Positions 19,017 through 27,845 of a stretch of DNA of 64,000 nt are shown here, in pieces. The DNA is from a virus. The position numbers and the translations under genes are program-made. Each line of letters opens with the position of its first letter. Within the stretch, counting starts at the first letter, position 1. A model generated the notes under the pieces. It did no database searches. It saw only the letters and a list, made by a program, of their open reading frames with translations, and was not told the DNA's origin. The stretch spans positions 32,001 through 96,000 of IMG/VR virus record IMGVR_UViG_3300015370_000011; one strand, given 5' to 3'.

Positions 19017-19931
19017 CTAATACGCAAGTAACACCGCCACTAATTGTCGGGTTGCGCTGTCCCAATTATATCTTTCTTGGCTTGCTGTTTTTAGCCCCTC
19101 TTTTATTAAATTTCTTCGTAATATTTTATCTCCAAGGACCCGTTTTATTCCAGCAGCGATTCCAGATACGGATCTTGGAACCCTAATTGCATTTATTTCA
19201 GGAACAATAAAATCCCTACTCCCCCCATCGTCAGTGCTAACAACAGTACAGCCGCACGCCATAGCTTCTAACGGGGGCATACTAAAACCCTCAACCTGCC
19301 CTGCGGAAACATAACAAGTGCATTTACTGTATAATCTGTACATTTGTTCCTGCGGGGTATTCAACCCTTCCATTTTCAATACTTTTACGCCTGGAAGTGA
19401 TTTGATAGCTTGTTCTATTAACATCGTTCCTTTCCACGGTCTACTCGATCCATAATAGAGCACATCATATTCTTTTACCACCATTGGTGCATACTTAAAA
19501 TGCTCCGGGTTGATACCGCCGGGAATAATGGGTATATCCCCATATTTAGGTAGAAACTTTTTTATGTAGGTAACTGTAAACGTAGAATTGGCAAGTAATG
19601 TAAATCCGGCCTTCAATGCTTTTACTGGTATTGTTGGCTCTTTGTACAGAGCTTCTGGAGCGAGTACCCAGAAGAATTTTTTAGTTGCGTTAGCTTTTGA
19701 AGCCCACATATACTGATCAGCTAAATTAAATATAACTGCATCATAGGATGTTTGTACGAGCTTAGACAATTTCTTTACTGGTGCTGTACAAGATAACCAT
19801 TTACACGGTGCTCCAGTCGGCGTGTAAATCGTAACCTGATGTCCGAATAAAATCAATCTATTGGCTGATTCAATAATTCGGCGGATTCCTCCACAGAGAT
19901 GCAGCCCTGGTTCTATAAATGCTATATTCAT
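19017..19931 (-). CDS. Glycosyltransferase family 4
   Basis: GGIRRI, EGFSMPPLEAMACG. Confidence 0.92.
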   Translation of the reverse strand: MNIAFIEPGLHLCGGIRRIIESANRLILFGHQVTIYTPTGAPCKWLSCTAPVKKLSKLVQTSYDAVIFNLADQYMWASKANATKKFFWVLAPEALYKEPTIPVKALKAGFTLLANSTFTVTYIKKFLPKYGDIPIIPGGINPEHFKYAPMVVKEYDVLYYGSSRPWKGTMLIEQAIKSLPGVKVLKMEGLNTPQEQMYRLYSKCTCYVSAGQVEGFSMPPLEAMACGCTVVSTDDGGSRDFIVPEINAIRVPRSVSGIAAGIKRVLGDKILRRNLIKEGLKTASQERYNWDSATRQLVAVLLAY

Positions 19932-20929
19932 TGAATCGCCAGTTTTAGTACGCCTTCAAACTTAGAAATCGTATCATCCCATGTAAATCTTTTAGCTAAA
20001 TCAAATCCGTTTTCCGATAATTTACTATATAATTTTTTATCATTCAATAGCGTCTTGATTGTTTCCGCCGCTTGAACCTTGTTAGATATTATCATACAAT
20101 TTTTTTCGTGTATCAAATATTCTTCTAATCCTCTACTTGGATACCAGATAACAGGAACACCACAAGCCATTGCTTCTAGTATAGGCAGGCCAAAACCTTC
20201 ATTTATAGATGTAGAAATCCAAAGGTGGCATGCATTGTAAATTAGTGGTAACATCGCTTGTGGTGGGTTTGATATTATCGAATAAGGTAGACATAGCGTA
20301 TCAAACATAGGAACGTTTTCTACGCTAGAACCGCCGAAGAGTATGCAATATGGCCTGATCTTTTTCTTCGTGACCAATTTTGAGATCGTATTTATAAATA
20401 GATTAATATTTTTTTCGGGGGCTGGGTGATACAATGTACCAATTGTTACTACTGGGCTCTTACTCACAGGTTGCACACGAAACGCAGAATCAATCCCAGG
20501 AGGGATTGTAAACACTTTTGTATGTCCCAGTTTTGAAGCAATATCAGATAGCCATTTAGAAGTAGCAATCACGGCTGTATAGTTTTTTGCAATCGTATCC
20601 ATTTCAGTAACAATACGCTGAGATCCAAACCCTTGTAAGAATAAGATATGTCTACTCGCTTCTGGAATACCAATATGCTTTTCATCCGCATAATGAATAA
20701 GGATATCCACTGGATCATACTTTTCATCCGGAGTAGTTAAATCATATAGTTTGAAGTGTGGATCTGATCTAAACCACGGAATTAGCTTTTCTTGGTATTT
20801 ATGTAGAAAAACGGATACGGAATACCCACGCTGACCTAGCATGTCAGCGATGGTGAATATTACCTTGGTCCCTCCGCTTATGCGCGCATGTGGGCAAAGA
20901 AAACCGATTCTCATTTCCTGGTACTCCAA
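19928..20929 (-). CDS. Glycosyltransferase family 4
   Basis: SGGTKVI, EGFGLPILEAMACGVP. Confidence 0.92.
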   Translation of the reverse strand: MEYQEMRIGFLCPHARISGGTKVIFTIADMLGQRGYSVSVFLHKYQEKLIPWFRSDPHFKLYDLTTPDEKYDPVDILIHYADEKHIGIPEASRHILFLQGFGSQRIVTEMDTIAKNYTAVIATSKWLSDIASKLGHTKVFTIPPGIDSAFRVQPVSKSPVVTIGTLYHPAPEKNINLFINTISKLVTKKKIRPYCILFGGSSVENVPMFDTLCLPYSIISNPPQAMLPLIYNACHLWISTSINEGFGLPILEAMACGVPVIWYPSRGLEEYLIHEKNCMIISNKVQAAETIKTLLNDKKLYSKLSENGFDLAKRFTWDDTISKFEGVLKLAIQ

Positions 20930-21540
20930 TACAATTTTTTAGCACACTCTCGTTCTTTTTCTATATCTATTTTGGAGGCTTTTACACTCGCTTCTCCATG
21001 ATGGAATACAAATGCGTCCTGCCTCCAATAAGAGTAAAAACCGTGCGTGGTTGCCCGATCAATTAAATCACTTTCTTGCCCATACAATGTATACCTTTCG
21101 TCGAATCCGTTAAGTAAATCCCATATGGATTTTTTGAATAGGATGCAAAATCCGCTTATTGGGTTTTTCATTTTTATTACTTTACCACGATGTTTTTCAG
21201 ATTCCTGATAGGTAGAAACCCCTCGCTGGGGGCTGTGGCACATATTCGTGGATGGCCCTATGAATCCACAATCTTGTATAGAAATGCTTGATTCGTACAT
21301 TCTCTCTAGCCAATGGGGATAAGCTTCCGTATCATTATTCAATAGGCATATAAAAGTACAGGGACTAGCCTTGATAAGCCCGTTCCAAGCTTGCGTAAGA
21401 GTCAATCCACTATTGTAATTATCAAAAAAGGTAAGTAGGTATGGATGAACAGTATTCTTTCTAACCGCCTTTAGACAGGCTATTTCCTTGTCTGGAAGAG
21501 CGTATCCGATAACTATGATGTTAACGGTTGCTGGATGCAC
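20911..21540 (-). CDS. Glycosyltransferase family 2
   Basis: AWNGLI, LLNNDT, GFDERY..YGQESD, FVFHHG. Confidence 0.88.
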   Translation of the reverse strand: MHPATVNIIVIGYALPDKEIACLKAVRKNTVHPYLLTFFDNYNSGLTLTQAWNGLIKASPCTFICLLNNDTEAYPHWLERMYESSISIQDCGFIGPSTNMCHSPQRGVSTYQESEKHRGKVIKMKNPISGFCILFKKSIWDLLNGFDERYTLYGQESDLIDRATTHGFYSYWRQDAFVFHHGEASVKASKIDIEKERECAKKLYWSTRK

Positions 21541-22034
21541 GGGCCAATTCCTTTTATCGCTTCTTTCTCATATTTAGTCAGGGTTGTCTGATCAATAGTA
21601 GCTAAGGCTAACCTAGCCAGACCATATGCGTCAACCTGATTATCATCTTTAAGTGTTTCGGATCCAATTCCCCATTTTCTAAATACCTGTTCTAATACTA
21701 CATTTTTGTTCGCATTTCCTTTTCCAGTCACGAACTTCTTTAGCACTGTTGGCGGAACGTCATAATAGGGGATCCCGGATAGATATAGTTGGCGTCTAAT
21801 AATGCCACCTAATTCACCTAAACTAAATACTGCTCTGCCGCGAGCACCGAACCCATAACCTTCGATACATACTACATCTATGTCTTTGAGTAGTGCCTGA
21901 ATAGCTGTTTCTATCTCAAGTAGTCTAGGAATACCCTTTGTTTTAGAGGAAATTGTAGAAACGTACATAAGGGTAGTGCTGGACAGAATACATACCCCTG
22001 TTCCAGTTAGGCTTGGATCGATTCCTAGTAGCAT
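21513..22034 (-). CDS. ruvC: Holliday junction resolvase RuvC
   Basis: LGIDPSLTGTG, CIEGY, LKKFVTGKGNANK, DDNQVDAY. Confidence 0.92.
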   Translation of the reverse strand: MLLGIDPSLTGTGVCILSSTTLMYVSTISSKTKGIPRLLEIETAIQALLKDIDVVCIEGYGFGARGRAVFSLGELGGIIRRQLYLSGIPYYDVPPTVLKKFVTGKGNANKNVVLEQVFRKWGIGSETLKDDNQVDAYGLARLALATIDQTTLTKYEKEAIKGIGPCIQQPLTS

Positions 22035-22040
22035 TGTGGT

Positions 22041-22607
22041 TTACTCTTTTATTCCAAAAACTGGAATATATTGAGGATCCGTACTACATGGAGGTAGGCT
22101 TAGCACGTCTAGAATATCAGCGAATTCTTGCGGATAGTCATACGTATACACATCTGAAGTGATCAAGAACTTAAGAAACGAAAATAGCCTTTCAGGTGTA
22201 ATCGATCCATTCGATGTCGTATTGTCACAGAACGAATACGAACTAACTTCCTCTTTTCCCAAATTCAAATCTGCTATAGAAAAGTCTATTCTTGCTGATT
22301 TAAACGGGTAAAATATTTTATGGATCTCAGGTAGTTTAACTTCTTTTACTGGAGATACCAGACGATAGCAAACACTCTGTTGAGCTAGCGTAGATGTAGT
22401 TACCACCAACCTTAGCGCGGTAGATCCGCTTTTTGATATGAGCAATGCCCCGCGTTGCTCCTGCTCAGATGATCCTTCACTTAAGATCGGTAGTTCATTA
22501 TATTGATCTATCCCGTCCCAAAGAACAGTATTCGCGAATAGCAAAGAATTCAAGAATTCTATTATATACCGCTTCGTTACTATCAGCATATGTTTTTTGG
22601 CGTCCAT
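22041..22607 (-). CDS. Hypothetical protein
   Basis: 188-aa ORF, tightly packed in operon with GGAGG RBS. Confidence 0.6.
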   Translation of the reverse strand: MDAKKHMLIVTKRYIIEFLNSLLFANTVLWDGIDQYNELPILSEGSSEQEQRGALLISKSGSTALRLVVTTSTLAQQSVCYRLVSPVKEVKLPEIHKIFYPFKSARIDFSIADLNLGKEEVSSYSFCDNTTSNGSITPERLFSFLKFLITSDVYTYDYPQEFADILDVLSLPPCSTDPQYIPVFGIKE

Positions 22608-22610
22608 TGA

Positions 22611-22925
22611 CTATACCTCCATGCAAGCAACTTGTACAGGATCTTTGTCGTATAGTTCTACTATATCATGCATTTTTTTAATTATGGTAGTTACTTTTGA
22701 ATCTAGATCTGCAAGGATATCCAATATAGAATTATCTTTTTTAGTAAGTTTAGCTTTTTCTATCAGGATTTGTCTAAAGTATCCACGCATGACTGCTCCG
22801 ATATCCGCATAATAGTATTTATTTATCCAATTGTTTGCTTCTTTTATTTCCAGTACAAAACAAGTCGCAGATACAGAAATCCTATATTTGGCATCTAGCT
22901 CAACCAATGGGATATACTTTAGCAT
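22611..22925 (-). CDS. Hypothetical phage protein
   Basis: 104-aa ORF co-oriented in operon. Confidence 0.6.
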   Translation of the reverse strand: MLKYIPLVELDAKYRISVSATCFVLEIKEANNWINKYYYADIGAVMRGYFRQILIEKAKLTKKDNSILDILADLDSKVTTIIKKMHDIVELYDKDPVQVACMEV

Positions 22926-22945
22926 GTTTTTTACTACTTTGACAA

Positions 22946-23365
22946 TTATCTTCTCGGAAATGGAATAGTTCTATTTATATTTTCCAAATCGCCTGTGGTA
23001 GCAATTGAAATATTGGCTCTTGCAGCCTTCCACTTCTCTACAGCACCATAATACGATTGGTATAGGCGGTTATTTTCAGCACAGGTCTCCATCCCATTTA
23101 CACATTCTATCTCACCCACAGGCTCAACAGCGGTTACTGCATCCATGTACAGATTTTTTTGTGGCGTGTCTCCAGGGTACACGGGTCCTAAGACAGCAAC
23201 TTGCATTCCAGGGGTGTCAGGATGCTCCATCGACATTAGACTTCGAGCATCAATAAGCTTTAGCTTTCCACCCTTTTCCCAGGATTCAAAATCTTCTTTT
23301 GTTGTTTTTCCTAACCAAAGGATTCCAAAAGTAGTTGTTACAACAACGAACAGTACTGATTCCAT
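22946..23365 (-). CDS. Hypothetical protein
   Basis: 139-aa ORF, start overlaps upstream stop, GGAGG RBS. Confidence 0.6.
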   Translation of the reverse strand: MESVLFVVVTTTFGILWLGKTTKEDFESWEKGGKLKLIDARSLMSMEHPDTPGMQVAVLGPVYPGDTPQKNLYMDAVTAVEPVGEIECVNGMETCAENNRLYQSYYGAVEKWKAARANISIATTGDLENINRTIPFPRR

Positions 23366-24375
23366 CAGACACCTCCTACGATTTCATCAATCGCGGTTTT
23401 CCACAGTTTGTAATTCTTTCGCATGTCAAAGTGCTCTTTTACAAATGCTTGTGCATTTTTTAGTAGTGTATTTTTATACGCCTTGTCCTCTATTACGGAC
23501 ATTACCGCAGCGTACCAATCCCGGTTATCCGAAATAAGTATACCTGTTTCATTGTTTATAATTGTATCTTTGTATGGTCCGAAATCAGACGCGACGGTGA
23601 CCATCCCTTGCATTGTATACTCTAAAAATTTTAAATTTGATTTGCTTCGGTTGAACGGAACCGTCGTCAGGGGCGCTAATCCCACATCACCATCCATCTG
23701 AGAAAACATTTGATAAAACGATTCGAACGTAACTAATGGTATCGTGTACGCTCCGGGAATATCAAATATCGGTTTATTGTTTTTGTCGAAGCCGCACCAC
23801 ATCTTTAACATAATGTCCTTATTTTTACCTAGCTTATAGAAGCAATCCTGCATTATTTTTAGATCATTTGAATGCGTTAGGGATCCCTGCCAACATACGA
23901 CAGGTTTAGCTGAATTTCTGGGGGATGGGGTAAAGAAATCTAAATCAAGTGAATTCGGTAGAACGTAAACCTTTTTACAGTATTTGCGATATACAGCAGC
24001 TAACGCTTCTGTAGTTACAAAGACAGCATCAACTAATTCTAGAAAAGCTCTTATACCCCTTTGCACACCCGCAGCACTAAGCGTAGTGTGTGCGGTATTC
24101 CATTCGGGGATATGAAACAAATCATCATCCACCTCATAAATCAGCTTTGATCCGGCTTCCTTCATTTTTACAACAGGACCAAAGACATCTGGTTTATATT
24201 GTCTTTGTAAGATTACCACATCATATTTTCCTATCTGCGTCGTGTCAAGTCTACCAGAAATAGTTACGTGGTATTCATCTTGGTGTTGCATAGCTAAATG
24301 CCCAAACGGACAATGCAGGCGATAATACCAGCATGCCGCACGGTCCCCACGATATGCAATTACATTAATCGGCAT
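23365..24375 (-). CDS. GT-B (family 4-like) glycosyltransferase; first gene of leftward operon
   Basis: ACWYYR..P, ILQR, YEVDDDL, WQGSLTHSND, GLAPL...FNRSKSNLKFLEY. Confidence 0.88.
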   Translation of the reverse strand: MPINVIAYRGDRAACWYYRLHCPFGHLAMQHQDEYHVTISGRLDTTQIGKYDVVILQRQYKPDVFGPVVKMKEAGSKLIYEVDDDLFHIPEWNTAHTTLSAAGVQRGIRAFLELVDAVFVTTEALAAVYRKYCKKVYVLPNSLDLDFFTPSPRNSAKPVVCWQGSLTHSNDLKIMQDCFYKLGKNKDIMLKMWCGFDKNNKPIFDIPGAYTIPLVTFESFYQMFSQMDGDVGLAPLTTVPFNRSKSNLKFLEYTMQGMVTVASDFGPYKDTIINNETGILISDNRDWYAAVMSVIEDKAYKNTLLKNAQAFVKEHFDMRKNYKLWKTAIDEIVGGV

Positions 24376-24401
24376 GCGTTCTCCCTGTAGGTTCTGGGCA
24401 T

Positions 24402-24459
24402 ATTATACTACAAATAGAATCTACACAAAAAGTAAAAATGGAACCTACACAAAGAGTAA
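24402..24459 (-). promoter_or_regulatory. Putative leftward promoter (-10 TATAAT) overlapped by direct repeats
   Basis: Minus-strand TTGTAGTATAAT at 24413-24402; CTACACAAA(A/G)AGTAA at 24421 and 24445 (24-bp spacing); weak -35. Confidence 0.5.
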
Positions 24460-24499
24460 TGTCGTAACACGATTATACATATTCGTGGCAATGTCTGCG

Positions 24500-24610
24500 A
24501 TCAGACACAGACACAGAAGCAGACACAGAAGCAGATGCAGCATCAGACACAGACTCATTAAAAGGAGTCATTAAAGGAGTCATTAAGAGGATCCTTTTAA
24601 TGAGTCATTA
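24500..24610. repeat. Degenerate ~12-bp tandem repeats plus 15-bp perfect inverted repeat
   Basis: CAGACACAGAAG-type units, then CATTAAA(A)GGAGT-type units; arms GACTCATTAAAAGGA (24552-24566) and TCCTTTTAATGAGTC (24592-24606). Confidence 0.85.
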
Positions 24611-25023
24611 TAAGTATTCTTATTGTATGATAAAAAGATCTTAATTAAAAAGAATAAGAAATACTCATAAGGACTTCGTATATAAATGCAGCTAAGTATC
24701 TGATTTATATGATAAATTCGTGTTCATTAGTCAAAGTGAATTTTTTAAAATCGACAATTTTTTGGTATCGTTTTTTCGTGTTTCCTTATTTTTCAACCAC
24801 TTATGATACCATTTTCGGAGCATTTTTCAGAAAAGATAAGCTTCTCAGATAATGCTTTGATTACATTAGGAAATTCGTCTTACAGAAACCAAACTGATTT
24901 TTCCTTAGCGTTTTTTACTAAGGTTAACAAGATAACTGCATGATTAATAACGCTTTCTTAAATATAGAAAAAGTTAAACTTGTGTTGGTTTATTTTTTAC
25001 ACAGCGTATGTGAATTCTATGTA

Positions 25024-25050
25024 TGTCGTATAATAGAAGGTTAGGAGGTG
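25024..25050 (+). promoter_or_regulatory. Putative rightward promoter -10 and RBS
   Basis: TATAAT at 25029-25034 followed by AGGAGG before ATG 25056; no good -35. Confidence 0.5.
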
Positions 25051-25055
25051 TTACA

Positions 25056-25646
25056 ATGGCAAAGTCCAAGAAAGATAAACAAGTGAAGGCTGTTCCTACG
25101 CAGTATGATAAAGCAAAACTAGTTGAAAAGGTAGCGAAAAAGTTGATTCCCAGGTATCATCCACATCTGATCAACTCGAAGATAGCGTACTTGTACAAGA
25201 ATAAAGAGATTACGAGGAATGGAAAAAAGACATTAGCAACAGCTGAGAAGTGTTCCCCAAAGGTAAAAGCCCTTACAGATTATGATTTCATCATCACTGT
25301 TGCTTATCCAGACTATAGAGATCTTACGGATCGTCAAAGAGTAGCTGTAATCGATCATGAGCTTGAACATTGTTTTGTAGAAGATGGAGAAGATGGAGAA
25401 ACAAAGATAAAGATGCTACCGCATGATTTTGAGGAATTTGGAGATATCATACGCAGACATGGTTTATGGCAACCAGATCTTCAGGAACTTGGAAGGGTGG
25501 TTGAAACGACTAAGGATGTGGATCCAGTTGAGGTAGCTTTGATGGAAGATAACGAATCAGAGGATGCTGAGGATGATACTGTTGAAGAAGAGGATGTGGA
25601 AGATGCTGCGGAACAAGACGAAGAATTTTTGAGTGTCGATGAATAG
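25056..25646 (+). CDS. Putative phage metallopeptidase with acidic tail
   Basis: AVIDHELEHC (HExxH), PHDFEEF..IIRRHG; D/E-rich C-terminus; start reassigned from RBS. Confidence 0.8.
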   Translation: MAKSKKDKQVKAVPTQYDKAKLVEKVAKKLIPRYHPHLINSKIAYLYKNKEITRNGKKTLATAEKCSPKVKALTDYDFIITVAYPDYRDLTDRQRVAVIDHELEHCFVEDGEDGETKIKMLPHDFEEFGDIIRRHGLWQPDLQELGRVVETTKDVDPVEVALMEDNESEDAEDDTVEEEDVEDAAEQDEEFLSVDE

Positions 25647-25658
25647 CATTACCATGTC

Positions 25659-26519
25659 ATGATATATGAATGGGATACAATGAGCATCAATAACTCTATT
25701 ATATTTGGGGACAACCTTACCATACTAAAAACATTTCCAGATGCTTGTATCGATCTTATTTACATAGATCCCCCCTTCAATACGGGGAAACCCAGAAAGA
25801 AAGTAACACTAAAAACAGATAAGGATATGGCTGGAACGAGGATTGGGTTTGGAGACAACAGATATAGATCTCAAGAAATTAAAGAATACAGTTTTGATGA
25901 TCGGTATTCCTCATATCCAGACTTTCTAAATCCAAGGTTAGTTGAAGCTTATCGTATTCTAAAGGATACTGGATCTATCCTGGTACATTTAGATTATAGG
26001 GAAGTGCATTATTGTAAAGTATTTCTTGATTCTCTGTTTGGGAGAGCGTGCTTTCAAAATGAAATCATTTGGGCGTATGACTTCGGAGCTAGATCGAAAA
26101 AGTGTTGGCCTGCCAAGCATGACAATATTCTGTGGTATTCTAAGGACCCCAAGCGGTATACTTTTAATTACGATGAGATAGATAGGGTTCCATACCTGGC
26201 TCCCTCCTTAGTTGGCAAAGTCAAGGCAGCCCGTGGAAAGACAATAACGGACGTGCATTGGCATACGATTGTTCCTACAAATGGTAAGGAGAAAACAGGC
26301 TATCCAACACAAAAGCCCCTTGGCCTGCTTCGTAGATTCGTGCGCGTGCATTCTAATCCAGGTGAAATACTAATGGATTTCTTTTGCGGATCTGGTACCC
26401 TTGGAGAGGCTGCGGGAGAGGCAGGAAGGTCTTTTGTTCTAGTTGACAATAATCTTGAAGCTGTAGGGATTACCAGCAAGCGACTGTCTAAGTACGCTCC
26501 AACATTGATTAATTTTTAA
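25659..26519 (+). CDS. DNA N6-adenine/N4-cytosine methyltransferase (beta class)
   Basis: IYIDPPFN precedes YPTQKP and MDFFCGSGT. Confidence 0.93.
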   Translation: MIYEWDTMSINNSIIFGDNLTILKTFPDACIDLIYIDPPFNTGKPRKKVTLKTDKDMAGTRIGFGDNRYRSQEIKEYSFDDRYSSYPDFLNPRLVEAYRILKDTGSILVHLDYREVHYCKVFLDSLFGRACFQNEIIWAYDFGARSKKCWPAKHDNILWYSKDPKRYTFNYDEIDRVPYLAPSLVGKVKAARGKTITDVHWHTIVPTNGKEKTGYPTQKPLGLLRRFVRVHSNPGEILMDFFCGSGTLGEAAGEAGRSFVLVDNNLEAVGITSKRLSKYAPTLINF

Positions 26520-26587
26520 TCTACTTTATTTCGGCAAGTTACAAATTTGTTGATAAAAATCAAGCGCATACACAAGCATCTTTTTTC

Positions 26588-26615
26588 TTGACTTCTGCTT
26601 CGCATCTCGTATAAT
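26588..26615 (+). promoter_or_regulatory. Sigma70-type promoter of sigma factor gene
   Basis: TTGACT-16bp-TATAAT. Confidence 0.65.
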
Positions 26616-26646
26616 CAGGGGTACCAACAATACTCGTGAGGGTGAA

Positions 26647-27165
26647 ATGGCCTATTCTAGGGATTTAGCGATCCAGGAGAACAAGGGCTTAGTTTACAAA
26701 ATTGCAAAAAAATTCTACCGCCCAGGGATCGAGTTCATCGATCTTATTCAAGAGGGGAATATGGGTTTGCTGATCGCAGCAGACAAATATGATGACTCTT
26801 TCGGGGCGACCTTTTTTACGTATGCCTACCATTGGGTGTACAATAGTATAAGAAAATTTGTGGAAAAGAATTGTAGGATTGTGCACGTCAAGAAGAAGCA
26901 AGAAGAAGTTTGTATGAATACCCAGTACAAACTAACAATTGAAGATATTCCTGCTAATTGTTTCGACGGGTTTATACGAGTAGAATTCGCAGAAGTAGTA
27001 ACGTCAATGAGTAATTTATCTGCTAGAGATCAAGCCATACTGGTTTCTACTTGTGTGCAGGGGCACACATTGGAAGAAAATGCAAAAGATTTTGGAGTAA
27101 CTAAAGAACGGGTTAGACAGATCAAGTTAGAAACAATAGCAAAGTTGTGTAGTTCCCTCCGCTAG
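26647..27165 (+). CDS. Phage sigma-70 family RNA polymerase sigma factor
   Basis: Region 2 DLIQEGNMGLLIAADKYD...FFTYAYHWV; region 4 TLEENAKDFGVTKERVRQI. Confidence 0.92.
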   Translation: MAYSRDLAIQENKGLVYKIAKKFYRPGIEFIDLIQEGNMGLLIAADKYDDSFGATFFTYAYHWVYNSIRKFVEKNCRIVHVKKKQEEVCMNTQYKLTIEDIPANCFDGFIRVEFAEVVTSMSNLSARDQAILVSTCVQGHTLEENAKDFGVTKERVRQIKLETIAKLCSSLR

Positions 27166-27241
27166 TCCCTGCCTGATTTTCAGACAAGCCTTTATTTATT
27201 AGCAAATATCCCTAGTACGCTGTATACTAAGGGGTGCTGCT

Positions 27242-27421
27242 ATGCGAGATACGATCTACGTAGTATTATGCCCCAACTGCAAAACGGTAAGAAAAGCTGG
27301 GGAGATTTGTCCCCTTTGCAAGTGCCCAGTCCCTAAAAGGAGTGATGATGAGAATTCTTGCCCAAGCTCTCCCGACGACTCAACCAACACAGGAAGTGGT
27401 AGAGACAGACGAGATAAGTAG
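27242..27421 (+). CDS. Small zinc-ribbon protein (59 aa; below ORF-track cut-off)
   Basis: MRDTIYVVLCPNCKTVRKAGEICPLCKCPVP...; two CxxC pairs; GGGG RBS-like element upstream. Confidence 0.5.
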   Translation: MRDTIYVVLCPNCKTVRKAGEICPLCKCPVPKRSDDENSCPSSPDDSTNTGSGRDRRDK

Positions 27422-27845
27422 GGTTCCGATATATCCTTCCAGTCCTGAGTTTAACAAGCTGGAACGTATGTACCATAGTTATCTGTATCAATCATCGAGC
27501 GGTGAAGAAGCTACGCTTGGATACGGAGATAAACTCAGGATAATAGATAATTTGGGAAATCTGAAAGATGTGATGATGATGCCTGATGGGAATATTGGAA
27601 TCCAAGATTTGAATCTAAAAGTAGAGTATGGAGCAATGCACACGTATCCAACCTGGGATGATGCATCTGCATCTTTGCCTTCTCAGGATTTTGATCCGAT
27701 GGGGCATACCGCATCTTTGTCTCGAATGTCTGCATGCATTACTAATCTTGCAAAATCTTTACTGACTAAACTACACGTATTGATAAAGATGGCGTTCGAA
27801 AACGATGAGGGCACGAATCCCTATACGAGGAATCCATGGCGGTAA
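27342..27845 (+). CDS. Hypothetical protein, possible head-internal protein
   Basis: AAGGAG RBS; contains RILAQ/HTAS/KMAF motifs shared with head-module proteins. Confidence 0.6.
   Translation: MMMRILAQALPTTQPTQEVVETDEISRVPIYPSSPEFNKLERMYHSYLYQSSSGEEATLGYGDKLRIIDNLGNLKDVMMMPDGNIGIQDLNLKVEYGAMHTYPTWDDASASLPSQDFDPMGHTASLSRMSACITNLAKSLLTKLHVLIKMAFENDEGTNPYTRNPWR

Noticed and set aside
5196-24375. Host chromosomal LPS/capsule locus next to a prophage
   Set aside because: The cluster is flanked and interrupted by phage-type replication genes (helicases, loader, RuvC) with tight coupling, and lacks export genes; no integrase or att boundary is seen
24374-24574. 66-aa ORF with RHRHRSRHRS repeats
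   Set aside because: It is simply the translation of the DNA tandem repeat and overlaps the leftward promoter; no RBS
24490-24610. CRISPR array
   Set aside because: Units are ~12 bp, contiguous and degenerate, with no unique spacers
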